A DNA stretch of 58,323 bases, filler included, from Sphacelaria rigidula (taxonomy: Eukaryota): assembly GCA_964200075.2 (NCBI GenBank). It is 7 parts of 7 records of this genome, joined end to end, with 100 filler letters (N's around TTAATTAATTAA, not from the genome) between each part and the next. Parts side by side here need not be neighbours in the genome. Positions count along the whole stretch, not along the records: positions 25,041 to 33,286 come from CAXNAA020011788.1; positions 33,387 to 41,632 come from CAXNAA020011789.1; 5 more parts are not named here. One strand, given 5' to 3'. Shown piece after piece: positions 25,041-38,000 of the stretch (position 1 is the first letter of the stretch; the number at the start of each line of letters is the position of its first letter). The translations under genes and the position numbers were made by a program. Below the pieces are notes generated by a model. The model ran no database searches, was not told the origin of the DNA, and saw only the letters and a program-made list of their open reading frames with translations.

Positions 25041-25251
25041 CAAGGGGACGGCGCCGGCGGCAACAACCTCCGGCTACGAGCAAGCGTGCGGCTCGCATCG
25101 CTCGCAAACCGTCGCCTTGGTTACCCGGTAGCCTCGAAACTGAGGGTGTTTTGGTTGAAATATAGGACAAGGCGGCAGGACGCAGAGGAAGCGATGCGAG
25201 CCGCACGCTCGCTCGTAGCCAGAGGTTGTTGCCGCCGGCACCGTCTCGTTG
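25041..25251. repeat. Long inverted repeat (56-bp core arms, 3 mismatches, ~87-nt loop)
   Basis: 25047-25102 is the reverse complement of 25190-25245 except for three transitions. Confidence 0.9.
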
Positions 25252-25784
25252 CCTCGAGATTGGGAGCGCACCAAGCAGAGCGCATTCGCAAGGGGACAAG
25301 AATAGCGTATGCTGGATACCCGAAACATGGGGAGTAGCCGATATCCAGCCAGACGGGTACTGACAAGCAGGAGAGGGCTTGAATCAGGGAAGAATAAAAT
25401 ACAATGAAAAAAATATACGCACGAATCGGCACGACGGGGCAAGCCGTCCAAAAACGAACGAAGAGGGCGGCATCTCGATGCCCCATGGGGACCCCCCCCC
25501 CGCCCGCCCCCCTTCCACCATCGCCCCCCACCCCACCCCGCCCNNNNNNNNNNATACAATAAAAAAAATATACGCCCGAACCGGCACGCCGGGGCAAGCC
25601 GTCCAAAAACGAACGAAGAGCCCCCCCCCCCCCCCCCCCCCGCACACACACAGGTAACGTAAAAAAATAACTGTAGTCCATGCGCGAAACACCTCACATT
25701 ACACGCGCTGTGGCTAGTAACCCGTTGGAAGCTTTTGCTGCAGCTTTCACTCCACACACCCGCACCTCCCTGTCCCTCTTCCCT

Positions 25785-25837
25785 TCTCGAAAGGGATGCG
25801 TGGTCAATGGTCACACGACTAAGGCAAGCAACAAATG
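25785..25837 (+). mobile_element. ~55-bp micro-element copy A (TCTCGAAAGGGATGCGTGGTCAATGGTCACACGACTAAGGCAAGCAACAAATG)
   Basis: Matches copies at 41792-41856, 43842-43898 and 46487-46549; C-rich on both sides. Confidence 0.75.
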
Positions 25838-25887
25838 TGTACGCCCCCCCCTCCCCCTTTCCTACTTCTCTCTCTCTCTCTCTCCAG

Positions 25888-25977
25888 GATTATATCCCGA
25901 ACTTGGTCGCCCTGTCGAAGGCTAATCTGGAAAGAGATGATCCGCAGCTCCTTGCATCGGGAAACGTGCGCTTGAAG
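25888..25977 (+). CDS. PCMT1: Protein-L-isoaspartate O-methyltransferase, internal exon
   Basis: ctctccag| DYIPNLVALSKANLERDDPQLLASGNVRLK |gtgcag; phase 0-0. Confidence 0.85.
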
Positions 25978-26477
25978 GTGCAGCTGTCATTTTCGTTGTA
26001 CACTAGCAACCGCGAAGCATTTGAGAAATGCTGCTCCAGGAGATGTGGAACGAGGCGACGATTAGATTTTGCGCGGTACGAGTGTTGGAACGCGGGTATA
26101 TGCATTGGCGAGCGGATCTCAGCCTTTTATTCAGAGAAGGATTGTGTGAGGAACATCTCCGGAGAATGCAACTGAGCAGTGGGCGGTTAATAAAGTAGCG
26201 CGCGCTCACACGGATTGCCTCAGGCGCATAGAGATAAGACGGTTACCCGCGAAACGCGAAGGACAAAATGGAAAAATATCGTTCGTCTCAGTCATCCTCC
26301 GTGAATCGAGTTGATCCTCCCGTCGTCGTCGTCTTTTTTTTTTTCTTCATATTAACGGCAGAAGCTCACCGTAAGAACAGAACCGCCGTGACGATAGCGT
26401 ATACCCCACCTCTCCAAACATACCCGCGAAAATACGGAATAATGCTGTGCTTGGGTGCAATACAATCTAAGTCCTGA

Positions 26478-27017
<540 letters not shown>

Positions 27018-28654
27018 TGAAAAGCCGCTCGAAGGCAAATGCTCGTTTTTTTTTCGAGCTGCCTTGAACCTGCACCAGACATGTTGAGTTTGTATTCATA
27101 GGCCGACACGAAATACACGATAACAGATATAATTCGACAGGCCAAAATTCGTGGCGCCGCATCTCAACAAGCATTTTTATTGCAATAGAAGGGCTTGCAT
27201 CATCCAACGTACTGTTGATATCTCTTGCGAACAACCCGCGTTATCACACAGCTACGTAGCTGCAGATGGATGCACAGTGCATCATTTTTTGCCAACAACA
27301 ATAGCACAGTCAACACAGACCTGCAGGCGTGCACTCACCCGGAGTTATTTTTTCCCCATGCACAACCACAAATACTATACAGCTATGTTCGTGAATACGA
27401 GATACCCTGATATACCGAAAGGTGTAGACTTACGTCCAGAATATATGGGATGGCAACATGCACACATACACCCACATATTTATGCTTGTAATAAGCAGTC
27501 ATGGAAGATTTAGGAGTAACACCCATAAAAAGAAAAACGATGTGTAGGCACCAGGTACTTCGCACGCCGGCGCGCAGCTTGTAGAGCTCTTTCAGGCACC
27601 AACCGCTGGCCTTTTGACGAGTTCATTACGGCATTGTACTGCGTCTCGGAGTTGGTTCCGTAACCCACGATACTAGGTTTTGGCAGAGATACGCTCGCCA
27701 CTAATGTTCGTTTTTTTCCTTCATTCATTCGATGTTGTACTGAACCATGCGCTTGCACTCTCCTGTACGTGGCGCGCTTTTTTGGTTGAATGATGAACTT
27801 TTTTTTTTCTTCACAACATGGGAGAAATGGAAAAGTTCGACGATGGCGCGCTCAAAATGTGTGAAGGATTATCCCATGAGATCATGGGGGCTGGATAAAA
27901 GTTTTGTCCGCGCGTTTGTGGCCTTGCTGTACAAGAGCTGCACGAGATGAGAAACGCTGTTGCTCTCAAACCTCTGTCGGCGTTCTTTCATGGCTCTCTG
28001 TTGTATGCGTGCGTTCGTCACTGTGCTTGTTTTCATTTGTCCTTCCGATTTCGTGGCGTACTCGTTGGGTGTTGTCGCTGCTCTTGCGTACTCAGCTGTT
28101 TTTTTCTTGCTTTTTTTTCTCTGTTTTCTTGTCGTGGCGAGAGTTTTCGACTCGTCGGCTGCTCCAATGTTTCGTGACTTCCTTCACGACTCGCTTGTGA
28201 ACACGGCCTGAGGGTTAGACTATCCACTGATGAAATAAAAAAAATAAACACTGGAAATCCGTATCTATAAACCCCGTAGGGTGCGTGAGAGAGTGGCACT
28301 TCACCCGTTGTGGTACATATTGTTTTAAATACGGCGTAAGAAGTTGAGTTTGGTCGGAAGAGTTTAGCGTGCCAAGAATAAAGCACGGCAGTGACGGCAT
28401 AAAAGAGGTACTAAAGACGTTACTGGGGTAAAGAGGATGAACATCACGTACTCGTACATACCTGCGCAATTTCGCAATTCGTGGATTGGCTCCCTGTATG
28501 ACATACATCACGTCAAGCGACATTATCCCTGCAGCTCACGGTGCACCTTCATACGGTACACAGCAGCGTTCGGTCGCAAAACGGGAGCATGAATGTACAG
28601 TAGTGAAAAAAAATTGCGTAGCACGAGCTAGGTCCGGTAAGAGCTCGGGGATGT

Positions 28655-28942
28655 ACCAATATCGCCGAGCAGAGGTGACATTTTCGAGTTGTGACCTTGA
28701 ACTTTGACGCGTGATTCGCAAGGTACTCGCCGACACATTTCGTCGATCCTGGATCATCCTATCCTTTCGTCAAGCTACGACCGACGGGTCGATTTGGCGG
28801 TAATGATGGTTTGTTCGTATTTAGAAGAAAACATGAATGTAATATGTGCTCATCAAAATGTTCTAGCGAGTACCGAGCAAATCACATGTCGAAATTTCAG
28901 GTGCCAACTCGAAAACGTCAACTCCGCGTGGCGTTATTGGCG
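28655..28942. repeat. Imperfect inverted repeat (~85-bp arms) in the PCMT intron; foldback/MITE-like
   Basis: GTGACATTTTCGAGTTG...GGTACTCGC...ACATTT pairs with AAATGT...GCGAGTACC...CAACTCGAAAACGTCA. Confidence 0.7.
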
Positions 28943-30492
28943 ATGATGGTCGCACGAAGATCTCTGTGTACAAACTTATATACCGCATCGGGTCTTCGGG
29001 TTTCGTTTTCATCTTTCCAACGACGATGAATCCCGGAATGAAACCTCAACAGCTTTCGTTCTCGCCTCGGGAGTTGGACGCTCAGACTATTTGGGCAAAG
29101 TCAAAGTTACGACCACTCTGTCCCATAATATAAGGTCGGTTCCAGTTGACCGTGTTGCGAATGGTTTGAAACTGCCATCCTTCGTGACAATGCTTTTGCA
29201 ACAGTTATAAGGCGACCTGACGCCAAAGTCCCACCTGGAACGCGGTGGTGATTCGTATCTATCCCCCCCCGGGGATACCCGGGGACGGCAGAGATTTTTC
29301 CAGTAAGGAAATATTACTTTTTTTCAAAACGCTCTTACGGGGCCAAGAAGTACTTTGTTTGCACCATTTTTTGTTGTTGTTTCTCGGCTCTCTGGACTTC
29401 TACGCGAATGCCTATTTTCTGTATCAGCGATGGTATCGGTGCACACCGAGTGATATATCCAAAGCTAAAAAGCCCGTCCGACTTTGAGGCAAGAGGAGGG
29501 AACTTCAAAAAAAGAAAAAGGTCAGGCATGCGGGAAAAAAAACATGGTCGTTGCGGGTCTCGAATCCACATCCAAAAATTCGACCTTGGAGTGGAGATAT
29601 CCTGTTTTTTGTCCATACCGACCTTATATTATGGGACAGAGTGGTATTTTGCAGGAGAGGTTTTCGCGAGAGTCAACAACGAATCCCGATACAAATAAAA
29701 AGTGCAACACAGAGATGCAAGTTCCACGACCCCAGCTAGGCTGATTCCTCAGCTGGATGGCTCCGAGTGACCTTCACTAGCTGATTACCACAATATGCTC
29801 AGCTTGCCCTGACTAAGTGCAGTGTCGTTCGAAAGATGGGACCATCTCACACAATGTGGCTTTCTTGGCCGGCTCAGCTTGCAGGATACAGTTGAAGTGA
29901 AGTATACATGTAGGTGCACCCTCTTCTTGAAAAAAGAAAGTGCACCTTTCTAAACAATATGTGAACTTCGAGCCGATACCAACAGTGCTGTACCATAGCC
30001 AGTCATGAAAATGTGTGGCACCGAACAAGGTCGGGATAAAGCCTCGCCAAGTGTTCCGTCATTTCGTCTCTTCACTGCACTGAAACCAAGAAATTATGTT
30101 CCCAGACCACAATCAAGTACATATCAACTCTAACCTGCAGTCAAGTGGTTAGTACGATCCATAATAAACTAGAGTAAGTGCCGAAACACTGAAATCGAAT
30201 ACATTATTGAATACAGGTATGTTGCCCACTGCTGCTACTACCACCACCTCTACCCAATTCCGTCTTGAAAGGAAAGCGTGTTCTATGGTCGAATGACTGA
30301 GGCGAGCAACAAATGAGTACGCCCCTCCTACCGTTCCCCTCCACCCGGTTTTCCGACCCTTTCAGGATAATGTTGCGAGAGTAAAAGTGACTTCGCCCTT
30401 GTACAAATGCAGTACACTCACGTTCGCTCTTGTACTTTTCTGTTAACCTAGCGTTGCTTGTATGCTTACTATTTTTCGTTCGTTCTGTACAG

Positions 30493-30588
30493 GTGGATCG
30501 GATAAAAGCAGACGGCCCCATATCGGAGAGCTACACAGCCGAAAGCCTCATGTCGGTGGTTTACGTTCCGCTGGTGAACGGCGGATGA
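30493..30588 (+). CDS. PCMT1: Protein-L-isoaspartate O-methyltransferase, last exon
   Basis: ttctgtacag| VDRIKADGPISESYTAESLMSVVYVPLVNGG*; PIMT C-terminal VxYVPL motif; not in the ORF track. Confidence 0.93.
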   Translation: MDRIKADGPISESYTAESLMSVVYVPLVNGG

Positions 30589-31784
30589 GTAGGGCCCACC
30601 ACCTATCACGTGTATGTATTTACTTGTAGATTTCCGTTCTCAAAATTACACGGGACGTGGTGAGCTCGTAGAGCGTCGAAGTTTCACACCACTTGGTTGC
30701 ATTTCATTTGTATATAACACAATGCAGGGTACGTTAGGAAGAAGCAACACGATGGGTTGTGCTGGTCATGCAAGCACTTTCGGGCACCGCCACACGCAGT
30801 CAAGATAAAGGCATGTCGTCACCGGTCCACAGGGCCAACAATAAAGTATTCGTATATTGCATGAATGAATGAAGTGTTCCTCCTCCCCTCGTGTCAAATG
30901 GAAGGACAAAGCGCACCTCACAACTCATCTGGTGTGTTCACAGTAGGACGGCATCGAGAACGCAAACAAGAACGGTAACAGACGAGTACGCGAACGGCCT
31001 CCCTTGATAGTCCAACCGGTTTCGCAGGATGTCAACAGAGTTGGTGTAGATTGCCGGTAGTAGGCCGGGTGAGCACTGAACCGAATGATCGAATCGAGAG
31101 TTGTGGCCAATATCAGGACAGCAGGAGCTGAGCATCGTTGAGCGGACAGGACCGTGCGGCATTTCCTTGTGTTCATGCGCAAAACGCACGCGCACCGAAA
31201 TACGCCACGCACTCAAGTTTTTTTAGCAACGACAGCTGTGTATGTTGGCCGCATGTATGTATTATCGTTGGCGCGCTCGCGACTGCTGCACTGATTGCAC
31301 TTCGAGGAAACTGCTGTCCTGAGACGACAGAGCCACTAGCCGCGGGCCATGGGCGAATATATATATTCCGCCGCATGTGGGTGGCAAGACGTTTTTTCTC
31401 TGCATGTAGGCGTTGTTTACCAGATATGAGTGGCATTGTTCTGACGAAATCGCGCCGGGAAATAAAGTGCAGCCTACTGAAATTCTGGCGCTTGGTTGCC
31501 AACGGGATTGGGAATGAGGAATTTGATCAAGGTTTAATGTCCCAATAATTAATGGAGATAACATGGAATCCTGAAAAATGGCAACAACATTTTTCTACAG
31601 GAACGGAGTGAGATCGGAATTGCAGCAAAGAATGGTCGACAGTGCTAGTCAAGGTGCCTTTCGCCACCCCCCCCCCCCCTGCGGGTGCAATGGCTGGGGT
31701 CAGTGGCAGGCTCGGTATTTTATGTTCATATGCTGGAAGCAAAGCAAGCTATGTCGTGTGAGGGATGAGGGAAGTCGTTTTCTC

Positions 31785-32189
31785 TAGGGTGTATAATCGT
31801 CGCAAAAACAAGAGCAAGCAGCAGCAATCTAGGTGGTGATGATCCGATGGCGTGACTGCAGTTGATGACGACTGGACGACTTGCTCGTTGCAGTGAAATA
31901 CAGACATGAGGACTGACCGCCCGCACTCATAGCGGCAGCAGTATAGTGCAGTGTGCACAGCGCAACATTGTCAAACAACGCGTCCACGCTTACCGTCTGT
32001 CTGTATCGATTGACTGGGATGGGTGTTGTATCCAGTACATGAATTTTGAAAACCAATAAACTCGCCGATTCAACATGAATTCCAATTTTTACTTGGTGAA
32101 TTTGGTTTTTCCTCCAGGTGAAAAAAAAAATGATCGTTTTTTTGCGACTCGTTTTCTGCGGCTTTTTTTTGCTACATTTTTCCACTCTA
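31785..32189. mobile_element. Possible old non-autonomous TIR element
   Basis: TAGGGTGTATAATCGTCGCAAAAA vs reverse complement of the right end TAGAGTGGAAAAATGTAGCAAAAA; no TSD found. Confidence 0.35.
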
Positions 32190-33286
32190 AAAGCCCTATT
32201 GATTTTGGGTCTTGGGGGGGGAAACTTCGTCAAACAGAAACCGAACCTATCCTGCTCCAAGAAGCACCTGGACACGCAGCAGTTGATGCCTACCTCGTAT
32301 CATGCTCCAAATCGGAGTCTTGAGTCGAAATGCACAGCGTGCAGCTGCTTGACGCGACCACTCCGTTCTGCCACGGACCCTCCCTCACGTACCCGACAAG
32401 GGGTCAACATCCCCGTACAGACGGTAGCAATGCTAGCGGATCCTACGTTATGGTATTAAAAGTCCTTCTAGCAATATCAACTTACAGTGCACTGGAGCAG
32501 AGTCTGCAGGTGAATATTTTGGCGATTGTCTCACTTGCAGTTCGCCGAGATGTTGCGGATGATTTCACGATCTCACTGAGTAACATTACATACATGAACA
32601 TGTGGAAATGTACCAGACCCTGCATTATATGTGAAAATGTACCAGGCCATGAACAAAGATTTCCACCGTCAGAGCGAACACGATGTTGAAAGTGTACTGC
32701 GCACAGTGTGTTGAATGTGTTGTCGTCCCATCTATTCTGGACGCTGGTCTGTACCATTCGGAATGTATGGGCGCACCAGCCGGGGTCACACAGGAGGAAG
32801 ACAACACAGGAGTAATTTTAGGTAGGCAGCCGTTACAGCGCGGCGGAGGCGGCCGTTCATTCCTGCGTGCGTCACCTGGGGCAAATGCACGCTGTAGCTG
32901 CAACACAAGCAGCGTTACAAAATGTGGCGTAGCGATATAGCGCGTAGCGAGGGGTGATACCCCGCGTACACGTTGGCCGCAGGTACAAGCGGCTGCTTTG
33001 ATGATGTGGCGAACTGCATAGAACAACGCGAAATCAATGCAGGGCAGGAATAGGCTAACGGTGTGACGTCCTGTGGTGTGCTTTGTCATCCTGCACCCTG
33101 CCGCTGTGAAATGAGGAAGTAGTACCGCCGAAGGCGTCACGCTGCGGTTGGTACGCAGTGTACGCAGTGTCGAACACAGCAGCAAGCAGTACATTTTAAA
33201 TACATGGATGATGTGTGTTTTCAGATCGATGCACACACACACAGCAACTACTATCGCCATCATTCATCGATCGGGGGTAACCCCCC

Positions 33287-33386
33287 NNNNNNNNNNNNNN
33301 NNNNNNNNNNNNNNNNNNNNNNNNNNNNNNTTAATTAATTAANNNNNNNNNNNNNNNNNNNNNNNNNNNNNNNNNNNNNNNNNNNN
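33287..33386. other. Artificial contig linker
   Basis: Same 100-bp structure. Confidence 0.99.
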
Positions 33387-33532
33387 GCTGAAAGTGTGGG
33401 GAAAACACTGTTTTAGGCTTGAGCCTCATCTCAAAGGTAAACCTCAATTCGCACAATTTGCTGTTCTACGCGATCGAGGGGCATTAGGCCGACAAAAACG
33501 TCATTGGGCACTATCGCTGAAAGTGTGGGGAA
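33387..33532 (+). repeat. ~129-bp tandem repeat; the second unit is interrupted by the solo LTR and resumes at 34222
   Basis: GCTGAAAGTGTGGGGAA at 33387 and 33516; 34222-34290 matches 33399-33465. Confidence 0.8.
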
Positions 33533-34221
33533 TGTTGGAAATAATTGTGGCTCGTGGCGTTTGGTACTGTTCTCGAAACAGACCGACTACTGTCGCGGAG
33601 AACGGTAGTAGTTAAACTACTCCCTTCTGCAGCAGACAGAAAGTCCAAAGACAAAAATGGTGTTTGAGGCTTTTCACTTCGGCCGAACAAAGTCAAGGCA
33701 GCCTCTTTTGCAAGCAGAGTGCTGAAGAAATGAAGAAGAGCTGGGTAAGCTGGGTAAGCTTGGGAGAGTGATTGCAAGGGCGATAGACCACCGAATACAA
33801 CCATGCTCAACTCTGGAAGAAGAATCCAACACTTTACACGTACGTGAGGTCTAATCGTATCATTCAATTCAACTTCGCTATTGCTGACGCGGTAGCCTTG
33901 CTAGCTCAGATTAACTGCAAAGTTGCACACAAGATATTATCCTGTAGCTTACGTGGCCTCAATACTCTGCCAGAGTATCTTTCATTGACAAATCATGGCA
34001 ACACGCCTACTGTAGCAGTATCCTACCTGAAGCGTCATTCACACAGGTAGACTATAAATCAACACAAAAGAGGTACTCTCCGTGAAAAGGATACTTATGA
34101 AACGGTCTTACGTGGTTCGTTGTTTCGTTGAAACGCAACAGATTGTACCCCTATCTTTTGTTGCAACAACTTCATTCAAACATAATGAATATAGACTACA
34201 TCGTCTAGCTTTTTTCCAACA
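33533..34221. mobile_element. Solo LTR (689 bp) with 5-bp TSD GGGAA
   Basis: Perfect 9-bp terminal inverted repeat TGTTGGAAA...TTTCCAACA; GGGAA at 33528-33532 and 34222-34226. Confidence 0.92.
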
Positions 34222-35026
34222 GGGAAAGCACTGTCTTAGGCTTGAACCTCATCTCGGAGTTAAACCTTAATTCGCACAATTTGTTGTTATGTTGAGATTT
34301 GGTGAAAATCAGGCTTGGAATTCGTGTTTTCAATTTCAGTTCAGAACAACTTGGATGGCGCTGATTGGTCGAGGCACATTTCCGTCCATAGCGCCACTGC
34401 TGTAGCCTCAAACAGAAATCCGGCTATGTCACCCTCTTCGTCTGTTCATTGCGTTAGTATCATACCATGTATGCGGTTGTTGGGTGCTTATTGCGGAAGG
34501 ACTTTGCTGATTACTTAGTTTTGGGTATTTGGGGTGAACCAGCCTGTATACAAAGTCAATTAGAAACTTAATTTCAAGAAATAATCACGCATACGGAACT
34601 ATAGCCTACATCTCCCCCGCATCTCCCCTGTGTTTTTCGAACTTGCTTGCCACGAGCATCATGAGTACCGGTGCTTGCGAGCAAATAAATGGCAGCTGTT
34701 ATTTTTTGCGAAGCACTTCTATTTTGTAAAACAGGATGCTTTTTTTACCAAGAAATTCCGGCGTGCTGATGGTAGTTTGACATAAAGACATGCATAAATC
34801 AGGGGCGCTGCAGGTCTTGATATATACAGAGAAAATATTCTACGTGCATGCACAAACGGCCTGTGCTCTCGTCAGCAGTGATGGTGACCGACGGGACGTA
34901 CATCCAGAATGGCGGTCGATGGTGGCAACAAAACGATCATGGATAGATCAGTGCACAGGACGTGGGGTGTATGGTTTGACGAACCGTTCAACCACGCCCT
35001 TCCATGGTGAATGGAAAATCACGACA

Positions 35027-38000
35027 ATGAAATTAGGTCTAGGCGCAGGTACTTCTAGTGCTATGTCTTCCTCTGGAAAGCGCAGGAATATCGCCAGACC
35101 GGGGGTAAGTATTACGAAGTCACTCAAGCAAGCACTCAGCGCGCTGGGTGCGTCGATAAATTTTGAGCTTGGAAACGGTCGAACGATTGGTTGAGGTCTT
35201 ACTGATAAGGCAGACTGGTTGAGGTCGTTGCACGTGTACAGATAGGGGAATGAGCTTCGGAAATAAGAGTGCGATCATGGAATGTTTGCCCGGGCGTAAT
35301 GTTTCAGCATCCCTGGTATCATAGCTTGAAGAACCCCCGAACATTTTCATCAACAACGTGGTTCCGCGGGATGGCACAGCCACACACAGTTCGAGAGGGA
35401 ATCGTAGGAGTGTATGGTTCACAATAACAAGTGCTCTCAACACACGAACGTGAACCACAGTACGCCACAACGTAGCAGAATAGCGCAAGTGCAGTGAGTA
35501 CTTGTGCACGTACTGTATGTATAGTGTTCTGAAAGCCGAGACCAAAACTGTTCTGTAATCCGGACAGTGAGAACACTGCTCGTCACCATTGCTGTGTGAT
35601 GGTGACTGCACGTTGTTGTATTGGAATACGAAGCGCTCATGTCTTGACTGTACAGCAGAAGGAACCACCTGAGCCTTGGCTCACATGTTTTTTCCACTAG
35701 AGGACTGACTTTGTACAGCCCTCTCTTCAAAGTTAGGCCCCCTGCGCTCGGTTCTCATGCGCGCCATCACAGAGAATCGATGCCATTCTTGGGCACGATC
35801 GCAATGGCTTACGCCTCAACTTTGGACTGGCCGTCCATCAACAGCGCTCCTTCTCTATGGGCAGCGCGCGACTGGGAAACTCCCGCAGCGGGCAAGACAC
35901 CGGCACGGCAGGTGCTGCACGTGTTGTGTACTTTGCGTCATTACGTACAGAGTACCGGCCTGCCGTGTAAGGAACTTCTACTTCGATGGGAGGGGCTGAA
36001 ACCCTTACTTCACGACCTCATCCAAAAGATTATCATCTGGTACTACAGTACTTACACATGCAGCAAGTTGTGCAGGGTCGAGGGTAGCACTTGAGCTCAA
36101 CTTCTTAGGTCATATCTACTATCTTTGTTGGAAGAAACGAGTCTCATGTTCAGTAGAGATTACTCCACTCCGGTTAAAATACCCCATTGTTGAATATAAC
36201 AACGTGTTTGTGAGATTGAGAGTAGAGGATACGACTCAGAGTGAAAAGCGGCCAATTAGTGAATGAGTTGTTACAGTTCCGAAACGCCCCTCCACGAGGC
36301 CCGATATGCTTTCTGTAGTAGCTTGCCACTGGGACCCTTGATATCTCTGAGTAGGATATCGACGTGTAGCTGTGAGCACACGCTAGTGATAGAGGCGAAG
36401 AAAAACACACAGGGAATGAAAGGTTGGCTAGGTTGAAGCTAATTACCGAAGACACTCTCAATCAACGTTTTACTCTTGATCTCACGAAAGCGTTGTTGTA
36501 TATGTCTTGGGTAGACCATCATCTCCGTATCTGTTACGCGGCTCACCCTCTCAAGCACTCGCCCAGCGTGGGTGAAGTGTACGAAGCACGTGTTTGTCTG
36601 AAATCGGCGCCTTGTGCGCTCATTCGAGCCGCGATACAGCCTGCCTCGGGTGCTCCTTTCGTCACCGTTGCCCGAGGGTTCTCCGTTTGCGTTGGGTCGC
36701 GCTCGGGGTTAGGGTAAGCGTGAAGGTGTGACAATAACAAAGCATACGTTAACTATCGTTTACTTTCGTCGATCTGGGGACAAACCCGCGTCCTTCTTTT
36801 CTCAAGTGGGAATTATGCAAATCGGGTCGTTGTTGTACTGCTCCACAAGCGGACCAGCCCACAAGCATCCTCGTTCTGCACAGGAGGTTAAGTATACACA
36901 TCGAGTGAAAAGGGTACTGCAAAACGACCGTTTCTCCATAACCCTGGGCAAAAATTTACTCACCCCGAGAGGCAATTCAGTTGGACCTGTCGACCCGCAG
37001 CACGCTTCAGCAGCGGAAAGTGTTAGATGGCAATATCCCTTCGTGCTTGCTCGCCCGCGATGTCGCAACAGTTTGGATGCCAGTGACGTTTCATCGCCTT
37101 CATCTACTATCATGTAAAGTATCCGGTGCGTACGTCTGGGTTTCCGCCAAGATTGTCGAAACGCTGTGGAAAAGTTAAGCTGCTCAATTCCCCCTCCCAG
37201 CTGTCGTATGTGGCGAATTATGCAACAGATGGACTGTGCTCTCTTCTTCTCGCCTTTGGCATATACAGCGATGTTGTTGCCGGGTTTCTTGAAAATCACA
37301 ACGCCGATATACGATATTTTTTATCTGTCATCCTCCTTTTTTTCTCCTTCCTTTTAGATTCAGGAGAGCACCTGTCCGGCAGCCAAAGTCAGAGTCAAGG
37401 AATCTCTCTGAGTCAAGGCACCGCCAGTCAAGGAGGGCTTCAGGCGAGAAACATAAATCGCACCGTAAGCCGAGTTCCTCCCCGATATGGGGCAACACGA
37501 TTGGTGAAACGGCCAAACACATCGGCCACTAGGCCATTTCAGCCATATCCGGGGTAATTGCGAAAGTGGAGAAAGCACGAAATTGTGTTGAAACGGGACA
37601 AACAAAATGACGGCAGTGAGAGAGCCGCCAGGACATGTGAAGAGGGGAGGATTACTTGATGACACGGTAGTTTGAAGTCTAAACAATGTCGTAATCGCAA
37701 GCCACCGAAAGCGTTTAGTAACTATAGTAACTAGACTCGCAATAAAACATTCCTTGCGGAAGGAAAGTAAGGAGGGTCGTATGTCAAGACTTTCTATGAA
37801 CGTCTTATGTAGATCACCATCGCAGATAACCGTGAAAAGCTCTCGCTCTTCGTTCGTACGATAGTTTCCTCTCGCCAGTTCACACTCATCTTTGCTTCAG
37901 CCCTTTTCACCCCACGGGCGCTCACAGGGTGTCCTGCCTGCCGCGTTTTTTATTGTCTGCCATCGCTCGTCTTTCCCCTGCGGTGGATATTGATGCAACA

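Noticed and set aside
25399-25620. ~65-bp direct repeat flanking a C-rich tract
   Set aside because: It straddles a 10-N scaffold gap (25544-25553) next to homopolymer runs and may be an assembly overlap
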